From Paragordius varius (Eukaryota > Animalia > Nematomorpha): DNA of 64,000 nt. Shown in pieces: positions 12,910 through 26,000 of the stretch. The stretch's first letter is position 1. The number at the start of each line of letters is the position of its first letter. The stretch covers positions 6,200,001 through 6,264,000 of the forward strand of contig OZ176055.1 in NCBI GenBank assembly GCA_964247055.1, given 5' to 3'. The notes under the pieces are model-generated. The model was given only the letters and a program-made list of their open reading frames with translations. It made no database searches and was not told where the DNA came from. A program made the translations under genes and the position numbers.

Positions 12910-15608
12910 ATGAAATATTGTCAATTTTGGAGTTTTATTTTCATCCTTTTGTTTCCATCTATTATTACCGACACGGTTTATGAAATAAAATGGGAAGAAT
13001 TAGGAATGCATGATAAGGATGTTGTTTCATTAGCAACACTAAAAACTATCAGAAATGAACATTTTCAATGTTATTTGAAACCTGAAAAGGACACCTTGGT
13101 ACTATATTTACATTTAGTATTAATAATACAGTTTAATGGGAAAAGATAAGGCATAAAATAAAATTTTATTATTTTTTTTGTTTCTTATTTTTTATCACCT
13201 ATATTGACTGTTTTTTCCCCTTATTGAATAATGTTGTCTTGAAAAATAAAGATAAAATAATATGGTATTCATAATTTTTTTGCGGCTCTCTATAAAAAAC
13301 TTTTAGCTTTGATATTACAAGTTTTATCATTCCAAACTCTAACTCTATTTCAATGTATTTCAGGTCAAACAAAATTTTTCAAGCGTTCATCCCTTTGATT
13401 TTATCACCAAAATTTGGGAATTAAATGAATGCTTATTGCGAGTAAGATTGGACAATATATATGGTAATTTTTTAGATTGAATCATATTGGATATATAGGT
13501 ATTGTCATGGTTCTAACTTTATTCAATATCATGATGTTAAGAAAGATGGAATAGTTGTAAGTATATATATACATACATACATTTTTTTGTAATGTATATC
13601 ACCATACAAAAAATACCAGTATATTTTATTTTAAGATGGAAACAGAAGAATACATATTGGGGAGATTGCCGCAAAGATTCGAATTTTTATCAGGTAAAAT
13701 GTTTCTTTTAAGAGGATTTTAAACCAAATAAGAATACTAAAAACGGTGTTGAAAAATTTTAGAACTGGCACGGTTTCTTTTTTTAAAAAAAAATATTTTC
13801 TAAATTTTCTTTTCACATAGTTGTCCATTTTTAATCCCAAGAGTATATGTTTTTACATTTTATTACAGAAAAAATATAATAAATGTTTGCAAATATTTTT
13901 AATTTATTATAACATTAGTTTGTCTCTAGAAAATAATAATTATACACCATTTAAATTTGCAACTTAAGTTGCTGAAATTTTTTTTTATTTCGAAACCGCT
14001 GATACCGGAGACAACAAAAATAAGTTGAAACCATATCAAAATCTTTTCAATTTCAATTTTTTGTGTCCTTACCAAATGTTACTTAGAAGCTAATATCATA
14101 CATATATTTTTGTAGCAAACAATACATATCATGTTTTAACCAAAATAAACATTGATACACTCGATCAAGTTACCCGTAAATTGATTGGGAAATTGGTGAA
14201 TGCATTAAACGTAACCGTAGAAGATTATATTAAGGATTCTAACAAGCATTTTACCAAAAATTTAACCTCACCCCAAGAAGTAGAATCCATCAAACGGTCA
14301 GCAAATGTTGAGGTACTTTTGTATTTGGTGTTAATTTTATTGAATTTTTTCATACATATAAAATATAATTTAATATTTAATTGGTTCTTATATACCTGAA
14401 ATTTATTTGTTTTTTTTTGTTTAAATCGTTTTTATCAAGTTTATAATTCTTTAATTTGATCATGTCTTGTTTCAATGCAAAATTAATAAAGTTTAATTTT
14501 AATCGATAGTATTTTTTATTAAAGAGTCAAAATTAAGAATTATATATGATGGATCCCCGTGTCATTATTTTTTACATTGAAAAACTAAAATCCATAATTT
14601 ATTATGAATATGTTTCATCAAAATACCTTTTTTCCAATAAACTTTTGATTTTGTAAACATATATATATATATATATATATTTCGGGTTTCATATTAAATA
14701 AATCAATGATATATATATATATAACAAATTTTTATTTAGTTTTTAATAAGGTAAGGTAATGTATAGTAGAGTATATAATGACTGGAACCGAAACTGTTAT
14801 CCTTCCGATTTTCTTTCTATACTTTTATTAATGAAATCGGTTTTTCCGGATTCCAATGAATATTTTTGCTAAAATCCCAGTCTTAGCTCCTTTTCATGCA
14901 ATATAGACGAAAAGCGAAAAAACAAATATTTATACATATAACTTGTAAATTTCAATTAAAGCTACTTTTCTATGATAATTTTAAAAAAATAATTTATTAT
15001 GATTTCCAAAGTAATAAGCCTAACATTTCGAAGGGAACTAAAATTTTTGCAACCGTTTTTTTGATTAGGTTTCTATACCTGGTATTATAATATGTGAGTA
15101 ACATTTATATATATAAAAGAGTCATTGGTGTGTATCAAAATATAATTCTCTTTGCTATACAGATGCTATCTGGCAGCAATAATTAAATGAAAAAACTAGT
15201 AGCAAATTATATTTTTTTTCATATCGTGTAAAATATATTTTTATCTCTTAGATTATAAGATCAGTCATGACGCCTGATTCTGATCGGGAGCAAACATTTC
15301 TTCGCATACGACTCGATCCGGGCTCCTATTGTGCTCAAATTAACAAAGTTAGACAAACGCATATTTACTATTTTTGTGATTCCGACAATATAAAAGGTTT
15401 CAATGCCATACAAGAGCTATCCGAGGTTTCAATCTGTCAATATCGCTTGTATATCTCTACCCCACTCTTGTGTGATCATCCAGATTTTGCGTATATGCAC
15501 ATATGTATTTTGTTGAAATTTTTTTGGAGGATAATTTAAAATTAAATAATTGTACATGAGAAAATGAATATTTTATGTGTAATAACAATTTGAATTCTAC
15601 TAGTAAAA

Positions 15609-15648
<40 letters not shown>

Positions 15649-18600
15649 TCAATTCATGTTTTTTGGATAAAATATAATTAAAATTAAATATAATCTGATA
15701 ATTGTAATTATTTATCTATTCGTTGTATATTTTTATTTTTCATTTTTTTTCATTTATATCGGTTTAATTTAGGATTCAACCATAGGTATTTTAATCAATT
15801 TACAAATTAATAATTTTGCCGTGAAATTATATTTTTTTTATTTTTTCATTTCATTTCTCAAGTTAATTATCAGAATGAAATAGTAAATAGTTACATTATT
15901 TGGGTTCAGTTAAAATATATAGCCAAGAATTATTTTTTGATTAGACCTTTATACATGTATCCTGGAGTATAAAAAATTTCGCCTCCATATTTTATTTGTG
16001 TTCACAGCCTATAATTAAATATAAATTTTGTGTTGTTAGTTTTTTTGCACATATGTGGCAGCTTTAACGTTATTTTTTTTAAAAAAAAGTATACAGCTGT
16101 TGATATTTTTAAAATAGTTTGTCACTAATAAAAAAATATTAGGAAAAAAAGCTGTTTAATTACAACCATTTTTTGTTATAACCATACTTTATATAGACCG
16201 CTGGAAACAAAAGAAACCATATATTGTTTTAATAACAAAAACCACAAAAATAAAGAAATTGTAAAATCAACCAATGATAAAATTTTCAAGGATTTAAAAA
16301 GCACCGAAGAAAAAAATAAAAACAAGGCTTTTTGCGAAAAGAGAAAACTTAAACCATTAGCACTTAGAGAATGGGAGGATATTTTGCGATTTCAAGCTTT
16401 AAATACAAATATAAAAGTATTTTTTAAATATTTTGATGATGTTAAGATTCAATTATTTGATTACGTTTATCTAGTTAGTTATATTTTGATCATATATATT
16501 TGGTATTAATATTGGTTACGAATATTAGGCCTGGTGTACCATCATTTTCCCAAAAATATTTGAATTGATATCAAAATTCATGTTTGTGGAATTTGTTAAT
16601 TGACAATATATTTTATTTAACATATGAAACATAATGTTTGTTTGCAACCTGAGATATAGTCACGCTTTTAAGAATAAGTCATTAATGATTGTGTATTGGA
16701 ATATATAGGAAAAAATGCCATTCAATAATGTGGTATTATAAAAAAAATATCTTAATATTCCGCCGAATGGTTGAAAGTTATTCTTGTTTTGCTATTTATT
16801 AACAGAGATGAAACTTATTGACTGGTAAAACGTTTTTTTGACTGGGAAATGGTATATCAACATAATCTACAATGATTTATTACTAGAATATATGTTTATT
16901 TCTGTGGAATCTCGAGCGAATACGATATAAAAATAATGGAGTTTTAATCAATTCAGCTTTATAGTATTCCGCATTGCCTTTTATCACCATTTCTATGGCT
17001 GGCTTTTTATATTAAAATATAGCCAAAAATATAGTATAATCTCTTGAATTTCCTTTGTTTAATTAGTCACTCTTTCCTGACAAAGCCAAGTTGAACATTA
17101 GTAAAACCACAAAGCTCAACAATGTACCAAATGATTCAGAAGAAGAAAAAAACCTTCAAAATGTTTTGGATGATGATACTCTTTTCGAATATTTTGCCCG
17201 AAATATTGATTACCGTGATAAAGTCCCCCCTTCCCCTTCTCCTTCCTTATCGAAAAAGGAAAAGGGAAATTTTTTTGAGTCTGAAACAACACAACAATCC
17301 CATGATATGGAGAAACCCAAAGCTCCACCCAGCGATAATAAAAATTTTGAGGGTATGGTGGAGATGCATTTTAATACTTCTTTGTAAAACCGATACTTTT
17401 TTAATTAATTGAATATACTAATTTATTATCTTTATTTCATTAATTAATGTATTTTTTGCGAAAAAAATGTTTTTATTAAAGATTTATGAAAATAATGTTT
17501 TAACATAAATATTTTTACATGAAAAGAGCGAAAGACTATTTTCTTGAAAAATGCGTAAAGCATACAATTTAGAGCTTTTATTTAATAACTATTTTAAATA
17601 ATTTCATACCATTAGTTTGTCATATGTTGTTTAATTATTTTTCCAAAATATATTTTTCAAAGTTTTTTTGATTAACAATTTATGTTTCGAATTCATAATA
17701 TTTGAATTGAGTCAAATTAGCTTATTAAACCCCTGATCGCACATACATAAAAGTAGGTATATTTGAAAAAATCTAAAAGGAATTGATTGATCATACATTT
17801 TTATTATCTCCAACAAAATATATAGGGAAGCGTCAAACTATAAAACACGACAAACAAAAACTAAATGCTCTCTTACAAGAAATTATTAAAGAAAATCCCG
17901 AGGAAAACGTAATTCAATTAATGGAAAAGTTTTATAAATCGGTTGCTACTAGTTGGGATAATTCACTCGACCCTGATTCACAAGTAATTAAAGCTAATCA
18001 GAAAACTTTAAGAAATATCAAAAAACCCAAACTCTCTAGCCCTGATAAAAGGTATTTTTTACTCTCTCTCAGGAATAATTATGGTTTTTGCTAATATATT
18101 TCGTAGAAAAACTTTGTTTAAATGATTATTATAGCAATTTTTTGGACTGTTTTTTTATGTTTTACTAGTTCATTTCACGTTGGAGCTGACTTATTATTGC
18201 TTGCTGGGGAGTCCTGTATACGCAGTGTAAGATTAATTTAGCATGGATTTAGTTAATAAATAATATATTTTTGCCAACATTTAACGTCAACCCTCTTAAT
18301 TTTAATTTTCGATGTTACAGAATCATGATTACAATACAATCAAATATTAATTTAATATTTAATTTATTTTACTTGTAAAGTAAAATATAATAATACAACT
18401 TTTTAACAATTTTATCTATCAAAGAATGATATGGATAGGGTGGACATTTATCATATTAAAATTTTGTAAAAATAATTTAACATCATTTTTATTATAAAAA
18501 AATACCTTAATGCTCCGTCTTTAGCCAAGTATTAGTTGGTGGTCTTACGAATTTTGTATGTGGTCTCAACTTACACAATTTGCTACCCAAGAAAGTGATT

Positions 18601-19917
18601 TAATTCAAAAACCGTCTTTAATTAATCATCCTACTGCAACTCAATCTCGCTTGGGATATCAAGTTTATCTTTATTTTATATTATCGATTTATTTTTTATT
18701 ACAATTTTGAAAACTAAAACCATATAAATTTTTCTGGTTTATGTTTTTCAAAATTATTTTGCATCTCGAAAAAAAACAGTAATTGTGTTTTTATCATCGA
18801 TAATTTACAAGCGACTAAAAAAAATATTCAATTAATATGAAAGGTAAAAATGAATTTAATTTTATAAAATTATAAAACGTATGTGAAACACATAGGCTCA
18901 AATTTTGTCCAAAATGTTTAACACTGTAAATGACGACCAACCCGAAAATAACCAAAACTCCGGCTTTCAAGCTATTGTTTTGGGCCGTTGGGATATAAAA
19001 CAACATTTAAATTGGATCGTAAATCAAGAAAAATCTCATGCCTCCTCACAATATTCTAGCAATAATGGCAAAAGTTCCAATAAAAACTTGAAAAAAACAA
19101 GTCTCAACAACAATCCTGGGGATGATATGAAAAAGTAATAAACGTATATTGAATAGAAATTATATTTCAATTCATAAAAATATATTATACTATTTAAAGT
19201 ATGTAACTTAATTAATGTAAGGGAAATGATGGATTAAGTCATTAAATAATGAAATTAATTGAATTTTATTTTTTTATCCAAATAATTTATACAAGTGTTT
19301 ACGAAATTATAGCTATATGAATTCACATCGTAATTCTTGAAATATATAATTAATAATTGATTTTTTTTAATATCTCATTTGTAAAAAATATAGGTTTTTT
19401 TAGTTTTTACCATTTGTTTGGAATTTACTTTATACTGTAATTTGAATTATAAGTTGTTTGACATATACTTCTTTCTTATATTTTTAATTATTTATCTATT
19501 TTCTTGAATTCCTTAAATTAACTCAAATATAGTTTTGATGGTACACCAAGCGTAACTTATTTTTATGGCAATGGTGATATTTGTGAAAAAACTGGAATAC
19601 CCCGAAACGCTACGATTACTCTAAAGTATTTATCATTTAATAATACATTTTTTTTATTCAAATTATTCCTAAAATAATTAATTGCAAAAAATATTAGATG
19701 CCTTAAAACCAATGATATTCAAACGTCAGATTTCATATCATTCGATATAGATGAACCAATTACATGCTCATATAAAATTACGGTAAAAAAATTTGATTTA
19801 GGATTTTTATATTTTTTTTATAACTCTTTTCTTTTATTACAGATAGTTTCTCCATTTATTTGCAAACTGCTCCTTAACCTCGATAACCAAGGACTTTTAA
19901 AGGCCAAAATCTTATAA
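12910..19917 (+). CDS. ERLEC1: Endoplasmic reticulum lectin 1 (XTP3-B), signal peptide plus two MRH domains, 15 exons, ~753 aa
   Basis: Exons 12910-13098, 13364-13441, 13476-13556, 13636-13693, 14116-14312, 15252-15490, 16197-16416, 17067-17352, 17826-18051, 18169-18226, 18525-18662, 18896-19134, 19533-19625, 19698-19782, 19843-19917 (2262 nt, phases consistent). Motifs RIESYWIYRYCHG..IQYH, STPLLCDHP, KPLALREWE, WWSYEFC, LGRWDIKQHLNW, YFYGNGDIC, VSPFICKLL match ERLEC1. Confidence 0.93.
16539..16852. mobile_element. Short member of the CCATTT foldback family in an ERLEC1 intron
   Basis: 16672-16852 is colinear with the arms of 30712-32017 and ends GACTGGGAAATGG|TA; the left end TA|CCATCATTTTCCC is degenerate. 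Confidence 0.6.
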
Positions 19918-20243
19918 TAATAATAATAATACTATGATGAATAATCTCATTTTTTAGAATACCATATTTTTATTTATATAGTTTGCAATATTGCAATATA
20001 GCATATTTAATTGAATAATAAATTAATCATTATATATGATTATTTAAAAAATAGGACTTTGAAAGTTTCTTTGAAAAAATCAAAATTATTTTTTATAACA
20101 TCAAAAAGAATAAAATATGTGTTTGTCCATTTTTTTCATGCACAAAAGTGGATTTATAGGTCAAAGTGAAAAGAAACTGAGTGTACGATGTATGTCAAAA
20201 ATTAAATTTGGATAATATCATAAAATATTAATATTTTTTGGTT

Positions 20244-22837
20244 ATGATAAAAATTGTTGTGGATTGGTTTACAATATTTTTTCTTTTAACCACTACCTTT
20301 ATTCCTCAATGGTTATCCCTGGACCCTAATTGTCAAACTCAGTGTTATGATGAATCAGGATTATGCGATTATTTCGACATATTCAATCCTTGTTATCCAA
20401 AGTATGTGCACACTAATAATATTAAAAAAAATGTATGTTTTTAACCGGTTTTATCACAATTGTAACCCTATTTTTTGTAAAAACAGTTTGTTTGGTCATA
20501 AAAACTTTGTAAACTTTCCTATTTAGTAAATTTTATACCAGCGAGGAAGTGCTATAGAACCGGGATCATTTACTTTTTTGGAATCTTTTGGAATGAAAAA
20601 ACTGTTGAAAACCGGCTCCAAAACCCTTATAACTGAAGCGTTGCCAATCGCTTTCAAAAAATGAATTAATTTATTATATTTTTTATGCAATGATAACATA
20701 ATTTAACATTAAAATATTGGTTTATGGGTAAATGTAAAAAAGCGTTGAAATCACAACTATTTAACCAAAACACAATTGTACTGGGACCGTTTCGCCCGAA
20801 ATTTTTAAAATATTATGTGGAACCAACAATTATATAGATTTGGTTCTGATTAATTAGATGAAAGAGTTCCTTTATATATATAATTTTTTAGCAAAATTTT
20901 ATAGTCTTAATTATTCATCCTTAAAAATTATTTTACCGTGGAATATATTAATAGTGAAGATACATTGTATCAAGCAATCATAAAAGCCGGTCTTATCAAT
21001 GGTTTTAGCAAGGAAAGTGTTGCCATTAACGAAAGAGTCGTTAAACCTGTCCTAAACTCAGGTCAACAACCATATGCATATTCTTCCAATTATTTGTTGG
21101 AACAAGAATTCAAACCAACGTGGAATCACGAAATTCAATTATACATCCCTACGTTGGGAAAAACGAGTGGGAATAAGCATTATCAAATCGTACAGCTACG
21201 GAAACATATCAATTTCATTCAAAAAGTTTATATGAAGCAATGCATGTAAATATACACACAAAATTATTCTATTTTATGGGGTTATTGTTGTTGTTTTGCA
21301 TAAAAATATTGAATATACGGTCATAGTAATTTTTTAAGTACCGTTATACCATCATAATCCCAATTATTCGTTCGCTTTAAATAACCTAAATCAATGATTG
21401 GATAGAATTTTTTATGAAATTAGATGTCTTAATAAACGGTTTTAAAAATATGTTAAATATACATGTCTTTTGTGACATACGTAATAATTATACCATTTGT
21501 AATGAATAGGGTTGTGCTGACCAAGTCATGACCCGGTCAACTATTTATTTTTTAACCACGATTATTTAAAAAAACACCTGTTTTTTGAATAATTGCTAAT
21601 ATATTTTTTTTGAAATAGTAAGATTTTATTCTTTTTTTATATTATAAATTATATATTTAAATATATTTAATAATCGACATTTCGCTTATTTAACAATATA
21701 GCAAAAATTGTTAAACAAGCATCCTTATAACATTAGCAATTAAGCATCAGTTATTTCGAATAACAAAACAATCAAGTCTTGTGCAAATGCAAGTACACAT
21801 ATGTGAACCAATAAAATGAAAAAAACATCTTATATTTGGATATTTATTGAATGAAAGAAAGTGTAAAACAAACGAGTAAAATATTTTTGAAATATCCAGT
21901 AAAAGTTAGTTATTTTGAGATTCAGAAGGCCACAAACATGTGGCGAAATTTATTTGAAAACAAAATCCTTGATTAAATTTGATTATTTGTAAATAATAAA
22001 TTAAAAAAGTATAATACAAACTTTTAAGAAAAAACATGACATTATTTGTGAAAAGCAAGTGTCGTTCGAGCATTATTTTCAAAATCTCCAAAATTGATAT
22101 TCACTTAAGTAAAAAGTAGTCATGACCATGGTCTGACTGGATCTGACCGGACTTTTTTGAAAAGCAGTCAAATGCACAACCCTAATAATAAAACATACAT
22201 TATTTGTTTCCCCTATTAAATTAAGAAATTTATATATATATATATATATACATCCCAAACAATTGTCACATTTGCTCATAAATTTTATTAAATGCCATAT
22301 AAATTTTAAAGAATTATAAAAATCGAACCGCCTCTGTTTTTGTAAAATTGGAAACGATATTTTTGAAAAATTGTTTAAAAAAAAGAACCTGAAGCTTTGA
22401 GTTAAGATTAAATTGAAAAACTGTAATTTTTTTAGGACCACAGCCCTAAATATTTCCAAATCAGATTTTAAGTATGTAACTCTAATCAAATAAGAAATTT
22501 AAACAATCAAGATTTTCGGTATCCACATTTACTGCCCAAGGCATCGTTTTTAGTAACTTATTTAAGTAACTGCAACACTTCCGATTTAGTAAAAATCGTT
22601 AAATAATATGAACTCGCTTGTGTCATCCAATGTAATTTTTTTAATTTAAAACAAATTTAAATATATTATTTTTTTTGATTTAGTCAAGAAAAACCTCAAA
22701 AATTGGAGAATGGGAAAGAAATGGTGTGTCAAACTATTCATCAACCCGTTTACCTATTATGCTATGAAGGTGTTAATAAAACAGTTTTTTTCCAGGAATT
22801 TACCATCAAGGCCGATTGCGAATGCTATTATTACTGA
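20244..22837 (+). CDS. Secreted spaetzle/neurotrophin-like cystine-knot protein, ~230 aa (internal exon set uncertain)
   Basis: Exons 20244-20401, 20955-21245, 22436-22471, 22512-22565, 22684-22837 (all phase 2, 693 nt). N-terminal hydrophobic leader; C..C....C...CYP..DTL prodomain-like motif; YIP.LG...YQIVQ...FIQKVYMKQC resembles spz VYP..G...LIVN...Q.I.IEEC; C-terminal CQTIHQPVYLL...FTIKADCEC. Confidence 0.72.
21507..22184 (+). mobile_element. Internally deleted hAT (Ac/zf-BED type) element in intron 2 of the spz-like gene
   Basis: TIR TAGGGTTGTGC / GCACAACCCTA; degenerate TSD gtaatgaa/ataataaa; subterminal GTCATGAC and CCGGTCA repeats; interior encodes BED-finger-like remnants MKKTSYIW and ATNMWRNL. 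Confidence 0.65.
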
Positions 22838-23071
22838 ATAAAAATTTAATAATAAGAAAAAAATATATTATATTTATTTGATATAGACTTTAAAATTATA
22901 TAGACCTTTTTTATAAATAATATAAATGATGTATAAAATAAATTATATATACCTAAAAATACTATATGATTAATATTTGTCTGCACTTCTAATATCAAGT
23001 AAAAATATTAATTGCATGATTTTTGCATCATTATAAAAATCTATATATGATATTTTAGACTTTTTCTAACA

Positions 23072-26000
23072 TTAACACCAATCTGAATTGCTATTATAAT
23101 CAGTAATGCACTTCTTTAGTAACCAAAGTTTAAGTATTGCGTCTTTAAGAGTAATTTTATTGTTATCAGGTTCAAATAGGTATTGAGATTCGTAAAAAAT
23201 TAGTTTTTTGAGATTCGTATATTTTTTAATTAATGATCGTTTTTCAATTAAATTTTTCTTTGTAAAACTGTTGGGTGTTAATCGAATAAATTCCCGTTTA
23301 GACAAGCCTTCTTGTTCCATGGCATAAAACATTTCAAGTCCCTGAGCCTGATAACTTTTTATTTCTGAATCGGTAATATTGAACGCTTTAAAATAATCAT
23401 TATATTTTGGTTTAAAGGAAGCAAATGGACAACTAATGGCACATGAGATAATAAAATTTTTGGCAATATTTGTAGTTTGATATTTCAATTTTCTATCTAA
23501 CTTTGCCGACAAGTGTGTTATATTGCCATCACTGCAAATATTTATGCAAACATCATGACTTAGAATGTTTAAAGTTCGATAATCATCGAAATTCGTGGAT
23601 TCTGAAACGCTACTATCCGTCAAGGTTAATGACGGTTTCGATTTTACGCCTAAGATAAGGCTTAGCACATTGAATAGCAATCGTAGGTAAAGGCGTTTAT
23701 TTGGTGGAAAATGATCTGATGAGAGATTGGGTGACATATTAACCTCCATAAGGAATGGATTTAGCCCCGAATCAATAACAAAATCAAATCGCACCATTTC
23801 GAAAAATTTGACCGTTGGTAAATACTAGAAAAGACAGAAAAAAATAGTTTAATATAAAAAAATTATATGTAGTTTTTAACTTCTATCAAAAAAGCTAAAT
23901 AATGGACGTTTTATGACAAATTTATAAAATAAAATAATAATCATTCAATCGTTCTGTTTAGTAGGTGCACTGTGATAGAGACCGCTTTTTAATTAATAAT
24001 TAACCAAAAAGTTTTGAATAATGTTCATTAAGTCAAAGTAAATGGTATAAATTTTGAATTTAATGCGAAAAAAACTGTGAATTATTAAGTTTTCATCATT
24101 ATATATATTAACGCTATAAAACTAATTTGATTGGTTAATTTCGTTTTAATTTTTTATTGAAACAATTGGTATAATCTATATATGACTAAATATGGTGTAA
24201 GGCTTATATGGTTTTGTCTAGTTTTTACTTATAATTTTTTTAGCATAGAAAATAATGAAATGATTAATAAAAATTTTAGAATAAATTAATTCTCGAACCA
24301 TTCATACAACAGAAATTAACGAGTTGTAACGATTTAAATAAATATATTTGTAATATGATTGGTAAAAAATATGCTACTCTATATAAAAAACACTACTTTT
24401 AAAAGCTAAGAAAAATAATTTTACCTCAAACCATGGCTGACTACCATTTAACATGGCAGTTCGTTTTTCCAACAATACAGATTGGATAATTTCTTTTAAG
24501 CGATCCCAAATGGCACTTTGTACATTTGTATAACCTTTACGCAAGATTTCTTCTTGAATTGTGAGATCGCTTTGTATAAAAGTATCGAATGCTTGTTTAA
24601 ATGTCATTTTTTCTTCAACAAAATATGGCTTAATGGATGGAACCTGCACATGATAGCAAAAATTTTATATAATCGATTATATAATAATTAATGATTTATG
24701 TTAATAATTACTCGAATGTCTGATCAACGAATGGTTAAATAGAAATTTAAAAAGCTTGTGGATAGAAAAAATATAAGTTCAACACATTTCTTACTTGTGA
24801 TTATATAATAACGTAAACCTATCAAATTATGATAGGTTTTTTGTAAAAATTTTCAGTTAATATCTAATGCCTACCTCCCATAAAGGTAAATAATCATCTC
24901 CAATAACATAGCTATCAGGATTAAGTTTTTCAAAATCAACCGTTTCCATGGAATCAAAAAAGCTTGAATTGTATGGCAAAGGACAAAATCGAAATAAAAT
25001 GTCTCCATTAAACATGTAAGCTATGAGAGGGTCAAGGCTAGTTATTACGACATAAATTCCGATATCAAATTTGTGTCCATCTATTGAGAGGGGTGGATGA
25101 ACAAATTGTTGAATGAATTGTAACGGTTCATCATTTTCCTTTTCGATTGCATTTTTTTCCTGGATTTTACAGAAAACAAATTAAATTAATCAAAGGTTTT
25201 AAAATTTGTAATGTCGATTATAATTATTAATTGTAATACCTAAAAAAGTTTTATGCAATAATAAACAAGTGAGTGACAAGCTTCTCAATTCTAAAAACTA
25301 ACCATTTTTTCATATAGGGTTAGAAATTCTAATTTTAGATATCAAATAGCGGTTTGACATAATATACATACGGTAAAAACTGAGATTATAAGGAAACGTA
25401 AAAATATAAAAAAAAAATATTTTTTTGTAAAAGACAACCATACTTTATAAATCTTGATTTATTTCAATATAACTCATTGTATTAAATGGTAAAGTCTGAA
25501 ATAGAGATATATATTATTAATATAATCAATTCGTTATTTAACAATTGTAGCTAAATAGCTTATATGAGAAAAGTTAAAGTTTTAAAAAGTATGGTTGTCT
25601 TTTAAATAAAAATATTTGTCTTTTATTTAAACGTTTGCTCCGTATAATTTAAATTTTTACTGTATTTTAGAGTTTAATCAAGATTATAATATAAAAAACC
25701 GAATCTTTTAAGTGACATAAAATTATTTCTCAATTTCTAATTTTTAATCATGGGCTTCACATAAATTTTGATATTTCAAAATTTTATGCGATTATAATAA
25801 ATAAATAAAATAATTAGTTAAAAATTGACAATCATTTCGCAAAAAGCGTTTGATATAGCCTAATATACCTGTAACGTATTATTGACATGAGGTTCAATAT
25901 GCATTTGCAAAATTTGGACGTGATTAATTAATTTAATGCCGCGATGATCTCGATTTTTAAGGACCCAGAATAAGTTTGAAGTTTGACTAGTTGAATAAGG

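Noticed and set aside
22079-22489. 136-aa minus-strand ORF
   Set aside because: It crosses intron, (TA)n and TE sequence antisense to the spz-like gene and has no domain features.
22512-22590. Frame reading RYPHLLPKAS, resembling the IL-17 RYP motif
   Set aside because: The phase is incompatible with the neighbouring splice sites; the phase-2 frame (FSVSTFTAQG) joins both flanking exons cleanly.
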